Of a stretch of 40,435 nt of DNA, positions 15,751 through 25,116 are shown one piece after another. The notes below the pieces were generated by a model. It ran no database searches. It worked only from the letters and a program-made list of their open reading frames with translations, and was not told the origin of the DNA. The DNA lies in NCBI GenBank assembly GCA_964408475.1, contig CAYOZM010000002.1, positions 1 to 40,435 of the forward strand, in the 5' to 3' direction. A program made the translations under genes and the position numbers. The stretch is from an uncultured Candidatus Bathyarchaeia archaeon (GTDB lineage: Archaea; Thermoproteota; Bathyarchaeia; 40CM-2-53-6; CAYOZM01). Numbering within the stretch: position 1 is the first letter of the stretch; each line of letters opens with the position of its first letter.

Positions 15751-17010
15751 TCATGCTTTTATTATCGGCGTTCTCTTGATCGCTAAGATAGCCATCATGA
15801 CAATCAGGGATACGATTAAGAAGGCCCTTTTCGCAAAACTGAATTCAGTCATAACCAAATATCCTTTCTCGATAGCAGTGAGCCAAAGTGATACTACAGC
15901 TCTCACAGCCGCATTCAGGCATATAGAAGTTATTCTATAGGCTTCTCCACTCCACCTATAGGGTTCGCTAGCGATTGGAGTGAAACTCTCAATCAAACTG
16001 GAATAGTAAGTCTGAGAGAAGTAGGCTAAGGCTATCAGGTAAGCGCTGACATTCTTAACATTGTCCGGCTCAGAGATTGTAATTTGGAAATACGGCAGAT
16101 CTCGTTCCACATATGACTTATATCCTGTGTGGATATTTTCTTCAGCCAAGGATTGATTGGTGTTCAACGGATTCGATATATCGATTACGTAGTGAGCCAT
16201 CACGCCCGCGCTGAAGATCGCATCATGCATATTTCCTGCAGTCTGATTGTCCATGAAGTAGCTGTACCATCTCAAGATCTCATTTAGAGCTCCACCCCAA
16301 CCCGTGTTCGGATGATAGAAATGTAATGTAGAATTCCAAGAATGCTTAATTGGATACACCACTCCATCAGCCAATTCGATCGGATAGTACTGCCATACAC
16401 GTTGAACCTCCTTAGGCAGGAGGCTATAAGCTGTATTCAGAATCCAAATTTGAGTCTTGATATGCCAAGATTCAACTGTACCAACGCGAATAAGATTGTT
16501 GGAGAAACCCTTCGTGGACTCTTGGAGATTCCAGTCTGAATCTTTATCAGAATCCCGTCCATTGGGAACGCGAGCCCATGCTCTAGCATCATCGCCGGCA
16601 TCAGTCATATTCAGAGTTCTATCAATTTCGACTCCAAGAGAATTTGTGAGAACTACAACCTCATATTCATTATTCAACCACTGGGCTGTATGGCTTACAA
16701 TGAGATAACCGCCAGCGGTGATAGACTGATTCGCAGTGAGACCTATAGTTCTGGGCGTTCCACGAGTTGCTATAACATTCCAACCGCTCAGATTGACCGA
16801 TCTAGCTAGGGGGTTGAAGAGTTCAACCCACTCGGCCCCGGGCGCATTATCATCTCCAGGGGGATTCTGTTCAACCTCATTGATGACTATGTTCTGTGTT
16901 GCTTGAGCTTTGCATTGCAATGTTCTGAAACCCGTTGAAACTGCGGTAACCAGCAGAAGAGATAAAATTCCTATCGCTCTTCTCATCTCTCTGTTTCCCA
17001 TTGAGAGCAC
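15751..17010 (-). CDS. Secreted, C-terminally anchored protein with an N-terminal lamin-tail domain (LTD) followed by a possible zinc phospholipase C / S1-P1 nuclease-like domain
   Basis: It has a signal-like N-terminus (AIGILSLLLVTAVS). The LTD signature is VINEVEQNPPGDDNAPGAEWVELFNP...VNLSGWNV...LTNSLG. The central region has W-H (ESWHIK), HFYHP and AHYVIDISNPLN, reminiscent of the PLC/P1 HyxxDxxxPxH motif with the last His missing. There is a C-terminal TM helix (AFLIVSLIVMMAILAI). Confidence 0.65.
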   Translation of the reverse strand: MLSMGNREMRRAIGILSLLLVTAVSTGFRTLQCKAQATQNIVINEVEQNPPGDDNAPGAEWVELFNPLARSVNLSGWNVIATRGTPRTIGLTANQSITAGGYLIVSHTAQWLNNEYEVVVLTNSLGVEIDRTLNMTDAGDDARAWARVPNGRDSDKDSDWNLQESTKGFSNNLIRVGTVESWHIKTQIWILNTAYSLLPKEVQRVWQYYPIELADGVVYPIKHSWNSTLHFYHPNTGWGGALNEILRWYSYFMDNQTAGNMHDAIFSAGVMAHYVIDISNPLNTNQSLAEENIHTGYKSYVERDLPYFQITISEPDNVKNVSAYLIALAYFSQTYYSSLIESFTPIASEPYRWSGEAYRITSICLNAAVRAVVSLWLTAIEKGYLVMTEFSFAKRAFLIVSLIVMMAILAIKRTPIIKA

Positions 17011-17102
17011 TCTTCTGTTGGGGGAGTGATCGATCCAGATTCGAAATACAATAGTTATAGAAGTTCCGAGGTTACAGAGAAACTTCTCGGTTAGTATAGC
17101 GA

Positions 17103-18203
17103 TCAGTAGCTCTCCATGGCCTCAAGTTTGGCAGGTAGATACTCGTCAACTATGTAAGTCAACCCGTACCTACTGAAGGCTTCCTGCTCAGCCTTCCTTC
17201 TGACTCTCAGGAAGGTTTCTATCTCTCTCTTCCAGAGTTCGCCTTCGTATCGAGGGTCTTTCTGAAGCTCGTATAGCCTTTTGATATCAAGGTCGCTGAG
17301 CCTCTCGCTTGGAAGCTTGTAATCAACTATATCTGTAGCCCATACTCCTGACCATTTCGCGTCAGGTGTATTGAGTTCTCGAAGGTGAGCTGCATTCGCT
17401 GATCCGCTGATTATGACCATCGCTATGTGCATACCCCATGGGTCGCCATCGGTTAGAATCACAACTGGAAGCCCAAGTTCCTTGTTCAATCTTCTCATCA
17501 GAGCTCTTGTTGCTCTCGGAGCTTGCCCAGCCGTTTGTATCAGAATCGCTTTGAACTTCTTATGCACCTTCTCCTCAACGAACCTCGTGAAGAGCGCGCC
17601 TTTCTCTATGGCTATGATCTTGTCTGCCTTACATGCGACGAACTCTGCGTTTGTCAGCGCCGGTCCTATCATCATTCCGTCAGGATGGCTTGCAAGGTTC
17701 AGCCTTCTTCCCTCATAGCCTGGAACGGTATACTCTATCGTCAGGTCGCCGAAGATCGCTGATCTTTCTTCCGGGAAGACGTTGAAGTCTTCTCTCGGAG
17801 AAGCGACTACGGTCTCAAGATCTGTAATGATGTTGTCAGACTCAGCTTGATCGACGAAATTCATCTCATACGCTTGAGCTGAGTAGAAGACATCTCTCAA
17901 TGTACTCGTCTTATTCAATCTAGTTAGCTCATCGACGAACGATGCTGTCCAGACGAGTTGAGTGAAAGGTCTAATATGTCTAACGTTTCTCGAACTTCTT
18001 CTTACGCCTCTGTCTCCTAGAATGTATTGCCTAAGTTTTGGGTCGTAAAAGATATTATGAATAGATCGGCTCGGCATCTTGATCGAAGGAAACTCTCTCT
18101 GCACTATCTGATCGTATATCCCTAGACCGAAATTCTGGAGACCCGTCAAAACTTTCTCTTTTCTCAGTTTTATCGAGCCTGTAGGCTTCTTCTTCGGCAT
18201 CAC
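17103..18203 (-). CDS. top6A: DNA topoisomerase VI subunit A (Spo11 homologue)
   Basis: 366 aa. The Toprim region is VVILTDGDPWGMHI, and there is a 5Y-CAP-like N-terminal half. Its ATG overlaps the top6B stop by 4 nt. Confidence 0.95.
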   Translation of the reverse strand: MMPKKKPTGSIKLRKEKVLTGLQNFGLGIYDQIVQREFPSIKMPSRSIHNIFYDPKLRQYILGDRGVRRSSRNVRHIRPFTQLVWTASFVDELTRLNKTSTLRDVFYSAQAYEMNFVDQAESDNIITDLETVVASPREDFNVFPEERSAIFGDLTIEYTVPGYEGRRLNLASHPDGMMIGPALTNAEFVACKADKIIAIEKGALFTRFVEEKVHKKFKAILIQTAGQAPRATRALMRRLNKELGLPVVILTDGDPWGMHIAMVIISGSANAAHLRELNTPDAKWSGVWATDIVDYKLPSERLSDLDIKRLYELQKDPRYEGELWKREIETFLRVRRKAEQEAFSRYGLTYIVDEYLPAKLEAMESY

Positions 18204-19753
18204 TCTTCACCTTTTTCAGAAACTTCCGTTTCTTCTTCCGCTCCATACTTCATTATACTCTTAAGAAGTGGCTTAACGCTTGGTTCTCTAGGTTTATGAG
18301 CTAGCTTGGTTGAGAATGAAGCGATCTTTGGAAGATACTTGGAGAATACGTCGAGCCTTCTCTTCTCTCTCTCCATATGCTCCTTCCTAGAGAGGAAGAT
18401 GGAAAGTTGCCTTCCGACCTCCCTTAACGCGTTCAGTATCTCATGTTCAACCTCGGGTCTGTCAGCTATGAACTCTTTACCAACAGTCTTGTACGGAATC
18501 TTGAGGCTGCAGATATGCACGAATACTGCCAAGGGAGTTTCCGGCATAACCCTGTAATGCCTCCAATTCATCAAGGTGTTCACAACTTTCCAAGAGACAT
18601 CGCTCGCCTCATCGAATAATAGAGGGATCTTGTTCGCAAAACGATAAAGAAGAATCCCGCTAGATGTAGGAATGCTTCCGCCGCACGCAGCACCAACCTC
18701 GACGATGAATGGGAATCCTGAGTAGGCAGCTGGCTTACGTTGATACACCGCTACAAATTCAGGGCTCAGTTCTTTCCTTATTCCTGTCTCCAGCAATTTG
18801 TCTCCCAGTGGAGATAGACAACTAGCATCTGGAGATAGGAACTCATTGAAGTTCTTCATAGCGGTAACGAGTTTGACGATCTCGTCAGGCCCAAGCTTCT
18901 TCGGGTTCTTCTTGCCTCCGATATCTGCGAAGTTTAGAAAACGTCTAGCTATTTTGTCTCCGACTCTTTGAAAATGCTTCTTCATAAATTCATGCATTGT
19001 CCGTGAGTTTGTGATTGAGATCAATCTCTTTATTGTTTCAACATCGACTCCATGAGGGTGCGGTGTAGTCTCATCTGGAGGCTTAGGCATTTCACGTGTT
19101 GCTCTTTCGAATCTGTAGAGCCTCCCTTTTGGGTCGACGAAGGTAATGTCGGAATATGGCGCGACTATCGCCGTCTGCTTCAAATATTCCAGGATCTTCG
19201 ACATCGCTCTAACATAGTCAGCTTCTGTTGAGAATTCTATTACTGTTCCATGCCACTTTCCTTTATTAGGGTAGATCTTACGTTTGATAACTATCGGCTT
19301 GTTCTTCTGAATGTCCATCATCAAACGATACTCGAATATTCTAGAGGTCCCTGTACTTGACATCACGTAGGCTTCTGAATGGGTTGTGATCTGGCCGTAC
19401 AGAATAGCCATCTTCCCTCCCAAACCGAAAGTTCCGCGGGTTTGTCTAAGCTTGTATTTTGAACCGAAGAGGACTTGACCGAAAGCTGAAGGGATTATCT
19501 CTTCAGGCAAGCCAGATCCGTTATCTTCGACTCTTATCCTGTAAACTCCTGAACCTTCTGTCGGCCCGGACTCATGTGAAACCCGGATGTAGATGTCAGG
19601 CGGGATGCTGTTGATCTCGCATGCATCCAGAGAGTTTTCTACGAGCTCTCGAACTGTGGAATAGATAGCGCGTGAGGGGTTGGTGAATCCTGCTATGTCT
19701 CGGTTTCTGTAGAAGAAGTCTGCTGGACTGATCTCCTCGAAGACCTCGGTCAT
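18200..19753 (-). CDS. top6B: DNA topoisomerase VI subunit B (GHKL ATPase)
   Basis: Bergerat-fold motifs are ELVENSLDA (N box), EDNGSGL (G1) and GTFGLGG (G2). The protein is 517 aa. Confidence 0.95.
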   Translation of the reverse strand: MTEVFEEISPADFFYRNRDIAGFTNPSRAIYSTVRELVENSLDACEINSIPPDIYIRVSHESGPTEGSGVYRIRVEDNGSGLPEEIIPSAFGQVLFGSKYKLRQTRGTFGLGGKMAILYGQITTHSEAYVMSSTGTSRIFEYRLMMDIQKNKPIVIKRKIYPNKGKWHGTVIEFSTEADYVRAMSKILEYLKQTAIVAPYSDITFVDPKGRLYRFERATREMPKPPDETTPHPHGVDVETIKRLISITNSRTMHEFMKKHFQRVGDKIARRFLNFADIGGKKNPKKLGPDEIVKLVTAMKNFNEFLSPDASCLSPLGDKLLETGIRKELSPEFVAVYQRKPAAYSGFPFIVEVGAACGGSIPTSSGILLYRFANKIPLLFDEASDVSWKVVNTLMNWRHYRVMPETPLAVFVHICSLKIPYKTVGKEFIADRPEVEHEILNALREVGRQLSIFLSRKEHMEREKRRLDVFSKYLPKIASFSTKLAHKPREPSVKPLLKSIMKYGAEEETEVSEKGEE

Positions 19754-19904
19754 GGACTATCCGCCAGTTGCGTGTCGATCGTCTTTCGACTAGAGTATGT
19801 ATGTTCTTCTAATTTTGGTATCGAGTATTCTTGACGGCAATCGTTGTCTCGGCAAATTGGTGCAATTTCAACGAACGCTTCAATGCCGGGATCGTTTTTC
19901 CTTC

Positions 19905-20477
19905 TCATTCAGGCGGTTTCTCCCATAATTCTAACGTCATTTTCTTTTTTGCTTCTCTTCTCTTGATTCTTAGGAATTTATACAATGTTGAGTGCTGTTT
20001 TCCTTTGATCAGCATCTCTACAGCCTCTCGAGCTGTGGAAACAGCATCATATCCACCTATCATCCCGATGGTGTGGCCGTAAACGGAGATGCTAGCGTCA
20101 GTCATCTCTTCGATCATCCTCCTCGTCTTTCCTTCACGCCCTATTATTCTCCCTTTGATCCTCTGTATGTCGGTCTCGCTCCGACCAAATAGATCCCTAA
20201 GATCGAGTACGTCCAAGACCTTGTCGTCTTCGAAAAGGATGAAAGCTTTCTCAGGAGCAAAACCCTTCCCAATTGCGGTAACCACATCCTTCGCTTTAAG
20301 TAAGCTAACCGGGTCATTGTTGCCTTCATTCGGCACTAGTTCTATGACTCCGCTCTCGCTGTTCACGGTCATTTTGACATTAAAGGCGCGCTCAATCCTG
20401 TTCTTCACCGTTCCTTCTGGACCGATCAGGGCGCCGATCCTGTCGCGAGGTATGACGGTATTGATCTTAGTTTCCAC
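19905..20477 (-). CDS. Double-KH-domain RNA-binding protein (archaeal Dim2/Pno1-like)
   Basis: There are two KH GxxG loops (IGALIGPEGTVKNRIE and GRIIGREGKTRRMIEE). It occupies the conserved position downstream of rio1. The GTV start overlaps the rio1 stop. Confidence 0.8.
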   Translation of the reverse strand: METKINTVIPRDRIGALIGPEGTVKNRIERAFNVKMTVNSESGVIELVPNEGNNDPVSLLKAKDVVTAIGKGFAPEKAFILFEDDKVLDVLDLRDLFGRSETDIQRIKGRIIGREGKTRRMIEEMTDASISVYGHTIGMIGGYDAVSTAREAVEMLIKGKQHSTLYKFLRIKRREAKKKMTLELWEKPPE

Positions 20478-21267
20478 CTTGACCCACCACCCAGCTGAAT
20501 AACTTGTCTACAGGTTCGACTTCAACCCCTATGCTGCCAAAGTAGTTGTTTAGGTTCTCTATGTCTCGTTTAAGCAAGATATTTGCGAGAGGATGATCCA
20601 AAGGAACAGCTTGAGAGAGATCAAAAAGTACAGGTTGGTCTCTCCAGATCATGATATTATACTCGCTCAAGTCTCCATGAACCAGTTTCGATCGTGCATA
20701 AAGTAGCCGTAGACACCTCAACAATTTTCTGTAGACTCTCAATGAGTTCTTCAATTCTGCTTCTCTAAGTAAAGGTGCAGGAATGCCATTTCTACCGATA
20801 AACTCCATTAATAGAACGTTCCGATTAACCGCTAAAGGTTTTGGAACCTTAACTCCGCCTTCTTGAGCTGCTTCTAGATTCTTGAATTCCTTCTGCGCCC
20901 AGAGGTAAACAAGCGCTCTAGTATCTCTTTTCGCTCTACTGAATCTCGGATCGCCTTCGATGTATACGAGTCTACCTTTCCTGAATTCAGTGGACGAGGT
21001 TAGGTATATTTTGACAGCTACTTCCTTTCCCCTAGGTCCTATACCCCAATATATGCGAGCCTCTTTCCCAGCCTTGACAACTCCGTGGATCTTCTTCAAT
21101 TCTCCAGTATTAAGCATGTGATAAATTATCATGAGTGTTGATTTGTCGAAAACTTCTTCGAGAGCTTCCATCTCTTCGCTTCTTTTCTCTTTCATCAGCT
21201 GGTCGATTTCATATCTTCTTTCTTTGAGTCTAACCTTCTTCTCGACCCTTGTCTCCCATCCTTTCAC
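20467..21267 (-). CDS. rio1: RIO-type serine protein kinase (Rio1)
   Basis: VKAGKEARIY (the STGKEA-type ATP loop), LVHGDLSEYNIM (catalytic loop), FDLSQAV (metal-binding loop), and an N-terminal RIO wing helix (EVFDKSTLMIIYHMLNTG). Confidence 0.9.
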   Translation of the reverse strand: MKGWETRVEKKVRLKERRYEIDQLMKEKRSEEMEALEEVFDKSTLMIIYHMLNTGELKKIHGVVKAGKEARIYWGIGPRGKEVAVKIYLTSSTEFRKGRLVYIEGDPRFSRAKRDTRALVYLWAQKEFKNLEAAQEGGVKVPKPLAVNRNVLLMEFIGRNGIPAPLLREAELKNSLRVYRKLLRCLRLLYARSKLVHGDLSEYNIMIWRDQPVLFDLSQAVPLDHPLANILLKRDIENLNNYFGSIGVEVEPVDKLFSWVVGQGGN

Positions 21268-21282
21268 CTGGTAGTCTCCTCA

Positions 21283-21588
21283 TCATGCAGCTAGGTAACC
21301 ATGACCTCTAAGCCATTGGGCCTGACTTTCAGTATATCTCCATAAGACGTCTCCACGGCTCTCAGCTTGGAAGTCCCAAGGGGCGACTAAGACCACGTCG
21401 CCGACCTTTATCCAGACCCTCCTCTTCATCTTACCTCTAATCCTACAGACCCTTTCATGGCCGTCAGTACATTTAACGAGAAGCCTATCGTACCCTAACA
21501 TTTGGGATACAATACCCAGTAACTGACCGGTGTCAGGAAGAACCATCTCCTTAAGTTGACTTTCACTGAGCACCTTCTTCTTTCCCAT
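21283..21588 (-). CDS. eif1a: Translation initiation factor aIF-1A
   Basis: S1-like OB fold: GIVSQMLGYDRLLVKCTDGHERVCRIRGKMKRRVWIKVGDVVLVAPWDFQ. The protein is 101 aa. Confidence 0.9.
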   Translation of the reverse strand: MGKKKVLSESQLKEMVLPDTGQLLGIVSQMLGYDRLLVKCTDGHERVCRIRGKMKRRVWIKVGDVVLVAPWDFQAESRGDVLWRYTESQAQWLRGHGYLAA

Positions 21589-21741
21589 GTTGAAACCTCG
21601 ATTATGCGCGGTTCATATAGAACCGGGTCTACCTAGATATAGTTTCTGTGTCGACTGCTCAGGAAAAAGAAAAACAGTTTTCATACTCGAACAGTATTTC
21701 CTTTAGTAAGAGTGCTTAAACGTAACGCGGGAGCTACCTCT

Positions 21742-22041
21742 CTAGATCTTTATAACCTGAACGTGAGGGATTCCAGCTATCGTAATAATGGCTTGCCTGT
21801 CCACGAGTCCTCTCTTAACCGCTGCCTCTACTACTCTAACACCGACGAGGTTGGCTACGTCAGCCTTCTCGATAGCAGCCATAGCTTCCTCAATCGTTGA
21901 CAGATCTTCGCCATAGAACTTTCTATCAACCTCGAGTTTCAACTTTCCGTCGCGGAATGTCTTGCCGAGAAGGTCGCGATCACAAACTGCAACTAGTACA
22001 CATTTCTTTTGGCGAAATATCTTCAAGCAAGCTTTATCCAA
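21742..22041 (-). CDS. DUF424-like conserved archaeal protein of unknown function
   Basis: VLVAVCDRDLLGKTFRDGKLKLEV...FYGE ... NLVGVRVVEAAVKRGL ... IAGIPHVQV matches the recalled DUF424 pattern. The TTG start lies 16 nt after the aIF2-beta stop. Confidence 0.6.
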   Translation of the reverse strand: MDKACLKIFRQKKCVLVAVCDRDLLGKTFRDGKLKLEVDRKFYGEDLSTIEEAMAAIEKADVANLVGVRVVEAAVKRGLVDRQAIITIAGIPHVQVIKI

Positions 22042-22056
22042 TCATCAGCCTCCAGA

Positions 22057-22491
22057 CTACGTTGGAAGAACCGAGGACCTCGCTCCGCAAGCTTCGCATA
22101 CAAGGAAGAAGAATCTGCCCTGTTTCTCAACCTTGGTATCTGGTCTTCTACAAATCGGGCATATCACATATCTATTGACATATATCTCAAGTAGTCGCAC
22201 TATCGATTGAGACTGAAACTTACCTTGGAAGATGACTCGAGTTCCATCGAATATCGCTGCAGTAGCCATCTCCTTTGAGAAGAACTTCAGAACATGACGG
22301 GGGTCTCTGTTGAGTTGAGTGCAGACCTCTCCAAAGTTTTGGACGATCGTTCGACCTCCGACACGAATAGTATTGGGCTTCGGCATCTCAAACCTTTCTC
22401 CAGTAGTAGGCTTCTTCGGAATCTTTTCAAAGGCCCTATTCAGCATCTTCATGTAGTCTTGGCTCAAACTTCGATACCAACTGTTCATCAA
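22057..22491 (-). CDS. eif2b: Translation initiation factor aIF-2 beta subunit
   Basis: DYMKMLNRAFEKIP, GGRTIVQNFGEVCTQLNRDPRHVLKFFSKEMATAA, and a C-terminal zinc ribbon YVICPICRRPDT...LVCEACGA. Confidence 0.9.
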   Translation of the reverse strand: MMNSWYRSLSQDYMKMLNRAFEKIPKKPTTGERFEMPKPNTIRVGGRTIVQNFGEVCTQLNRDPRHVLKFFSKEMATAAIFDGTRVIFQGKFQSQSIVRLLEIYVNRYVICPICRRPDTKVEKQGRFFFLVCEACGARSSVLPT

Positions 22492-22609
22492 TAGATTACT
22501 GTGGCTGTATTAAATGCATTCCAAGCTCAATGGGTAGACTTTTGGGAAAGATTAATGAGTATCAAGCTCCCGTTGTAGCTTTAATCTTGGAGGGATTTCA
22601 TCTACCGAA

Positions 22610-22631
22610 CCGTTATTTAGATCAATAACGG
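22610..22631. promoter_or_regulatory. Inverted repeat CCGTTATT-tagatc-AATAACGG just upstream of metG
   Basis: Read directly: there are two perfect 8-bp arms with a 6-nt spacer, ending 27 nt before the metG ATG. It may be a 5' UTR hairpin or an operator. Its function is unknown. Confidence 0.25.
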
Positions 22632-22658
22632 CTTTCGAAGCAAAGACGTTTTCCTAAG

Positions 22659-24365
22659 ATGAACATTCCTGAGGTTATCGATAAGATGGGAAAATGGATA
22701 GTCTGCGCTGCGTGGCCCTACGTTCACATGGTTCCGCATTTAGGGACCTTCATACATCTTCTCTCGGCAGATGTTTTCACTCGATATTTGCGTTTGAGAG
22801 GGGAGGATGTAATTTCTGTTACCGGCTCGGATGAGCATGGCACGCCAATAGAGGTTGAGGCGATCAAAGCAGGGGTTTCACCGAAAGACTTGACCGATAG
22901 ACAGCACGCGATCATATGCAGTCTACTGGATAAGTTTGCAATTCGCTTCAACAACTACACGAGAACGGAGAACCCTATCCACATCAAATTTGTCCAAGAG
23001 TTCTATAGGAGAATATATGAAAACGATTTCATCTTCAGCCAGACAGTGGAACTTCCCTTCTGCCCGAAGTGTGAACGTTTTCTACCGGACAGGTTCGTTG
23101 AAGGCGAATGTCCGTATTGCGGCTCGAATCTGGCGCGAGGAGACCAATGTGACGCTTGTGGGAGAGTGCTAGATCCTGTGGATCTTAGGCGCCCGAGATG
23201 CGTCTTCTGCGGGACGGCTCCTGATATTAGGTCTTCCAAACATTGGTTTTTCGATCTGCCCAAGTTCGGCGAACGGCTTAGAGCCTACATAGATTCTAAT
23301 CCGCAACTGCCCGATAACGCCAGGAACTTCTCTTATAGATGGATAGAAGAGGGTTTGAGACCTAGAGCGCTTACACGTGACAATAAGTGGGGCATTCCAG
23401 CCCCGTTTCCTAGCGCTGAAGGGAAGACCATATACGTTTGGATGGAAGCGGTCTTAGGATACGTTTCAGCATCCATTGAGTGGGCTGAGAAGAACGCTCA
23501 ACCTGAGTCGTGGAAGAGATACTGGTTCGATAAGAATACGAAGAATGTTCACTTTATCGGCAAAGACAACATCCCTTTCCACACGATAATATTTCCAGCT
23601 CTATTGATGGCGATGAGAGAAAACTACTTGCTCCCTTGGCAAGTTTCATCGACTGAATTCATAATGTATGAAGGCCAGAGGTTTTCCAGAAGCAGAAGAA
23701 TAGGCGTCTGGATGGATGAGGCGGTCGAGCTGGCTGAACCGGATTACTGGAGGTTTGTACTGATGGCGATAAGGCCGGAGTTGAAAGATGCCAATTTCAC
23801 ATGGAGCGAATTTGAAGCAAGGATAAACTCTGAATTGAATGATGTCGTAGGAAACTTCATCCATAGAACATTGACCTTTCTCAATACCTACTTCGAAAAC
23901 TCTCTTCCTTCGGCAGGGATATTGGATGACCTTGATAAAAGTATCTTACAAGAGATAGAAAACTCTCCTAAACATATTGGAGGCCTATTCGAGCAGTTCA
24001 AGCTGAGAGATGCTCTGTCAGCGATCGTAGATTTAACTAGAAAGGGCAACCAGTACCTAAGTACAAAAGAACCTTGGCATTTGATCAAGAAAGATAGAGA
24101 GAAGGCCGCTACAGCCCTTTTCATATCTGCTCAACTGGTTTACGCGTTAGCGATACTACTTGAACCGTTCATGCCATCTACAGCTGAGAAGATCTGGAGC
24201 CTTCTTAACATACCCGGCAGTGTCCACTCGCAGAGATGGGAGGAGGCTGGAAAAATTCAGCTTGCTGTAGGGCATAGGATGGGAGAGCCGAAGCCTATAT
24301 TCCACAAAGTTGACGCAAAGGAGATCGAGAAGAAGAGGAGAGCGCAACCCGTTCAAGTCAAATGA
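22659..24365 (+). CDS. metG: Methionyl-tRNA synthetase
   Basis: HIGH-type motif (PYVHMVPHLGTFIH), zinc knuckles (CPKCERF, CPYCGS, CDACG, CVFCG), KMSKS-type RFSRSR, and an anticodon-binding helical C-terminus. The protein is 568 aa. Confidence 0.95.
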   Translation: MNIPEVIDKMGKWIVCAAWPYVHMVPHLGTFIHLLSADVFTRYLRLRGEDVISVTGSDEHGTPIEVEAIKAGVSPKDLTDRQHAIICSLLDKFAIRFNNYTRTENPIHIKFVQEFYRRIYENDFIFSQTVELPFCPKCERFLPDRFVEGECPYCGSNLARGDQCDACGRVLDPVDLRRPRCVFCGTAPDIRSSKHWFFDLPKFGERLRAYIDSNPQLPDNARNFSYRWIEEGLRPRALTRDNKWGIPAPFPSAEGKTIYVWMEAVLGYVSASIEWAEKNAQPESWKRYWFDKNTKNVHFIGKDNIPFHTIIFPALLMAMRENYLLPWQVSSTEFIMYEGQRFSRSRRIGVWMDEAVELAEPDYWRFVLMAIRPELKDANFTWSEFEARINSELNDVVGNFIHRTLTFLNTYFENSLPSAGILDDLDKSILQEIENSPKHIGGLFEQFKLRDALSAIVDLTRKGNQYLSTKEPWHLIKKDREKAATALFISAQLVYALAILLEPFMPSTAEKIWSLLNIPGSVHSQRWEEAGKIQLAVGHRMGEPKPIFHKVDAKEIEKKRRAQPVQVK

Positions 24366-25015
24366 ATCTGGCGGCTTCCATGAAACTGAAGATCGACTTT
24401 CATGTTCACACACGATTCTCATACGATGCCCACACAAGACTTGAAATGCTTCCTGAGATTATTAGTAGGCGTGGACTTGATGGCGTAGCGCTAGCAGAGC
24501 ATGATATTCTTCCTAGATTTGACGTTGAAGACGCCCTGATTATTCCTGGAATAGAGGTCAGCACCGTCGATGGCCACTTGATAGTGCTAGGAGTAAGCCA
24601 TCAGATAAGCAGAGGTTCGCCGGCAAATGAAGTTATCCTCGAGGTAAGGCGGCTGGGAGGGGTCACTATAATCCCTCACCCATACGATTATTTCAGCCCT
24701 AGCATAGATCCTGCTAAACTGAGAGTGAAACCTGACACGATCGAAACGATTAACGCTTCAATTGTCTTCTTCGAGACAGCAAAGCATAAGGCGGAGAGAA
24801 TAGCCGAAGAGCTTGGCTTCGCAACGGTCGGCGGGAGCGATTCACACATACCCGAAACTATCGGGGACGCATATACGATAGTGGATTCAGATTCAACCTC
24901 GATCGAAGACGTCCTCCTAGCTGTCAAGGAAGGAAGAGTCAAGCCTTACGGTAAACCGACATCTTTCTGGAATAGACTGCGAAAATCAACACTAGATATT
25001 AAGAGAAGAATATAA
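24362..25015 (+). CDS. PHP-domain metal-dependent phosphoesterase
   Basis: KIDFHVHTRFSYDAH (PHP motif I), LAEHD, IIPHPYD and GGSDSH. The start overlaps the metG stop (ATGA). Confidence 0.75.
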   Translation: MNLAASMKLKIDFHVHTRFSYDAHTRLEMLPEIISRRGLDGVALAEHDILPRFDVEDALIIPGIEVSTVDGHLIVLGVSHQISRGSPANEVILEVRRLGGVTIIPHPYDYFSPSIDPAKLRVKPDTIETINASIVFFETAKHKAERIAEELGFATVGGSDSHIPETIGDAYTIVDSDSTSIEDVLLAVKEGRVKPYGKPTSFWNRLRKSTLDIKRRI

Positions 25016-25116
25016 GAAAGCCGAAGATCTCCACATCTTTGCGAATAACAACAAGATTCATCTGGAGTTTGAAGACTTCATTTCAACCTGCAAATTTAAG
25101 CCGTTCTTTGTCTGAC

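Noticed and set aside
21268-21290. ATGATGA on the minus strand that looks like a C box of a C/D sRNA
   Set aside because: It is the aIF1A stop codon (TGA) followed by the GGAG ribosome-binding site and GTG start of rio1. No matching D box (CUGA) or guide architecture is present.
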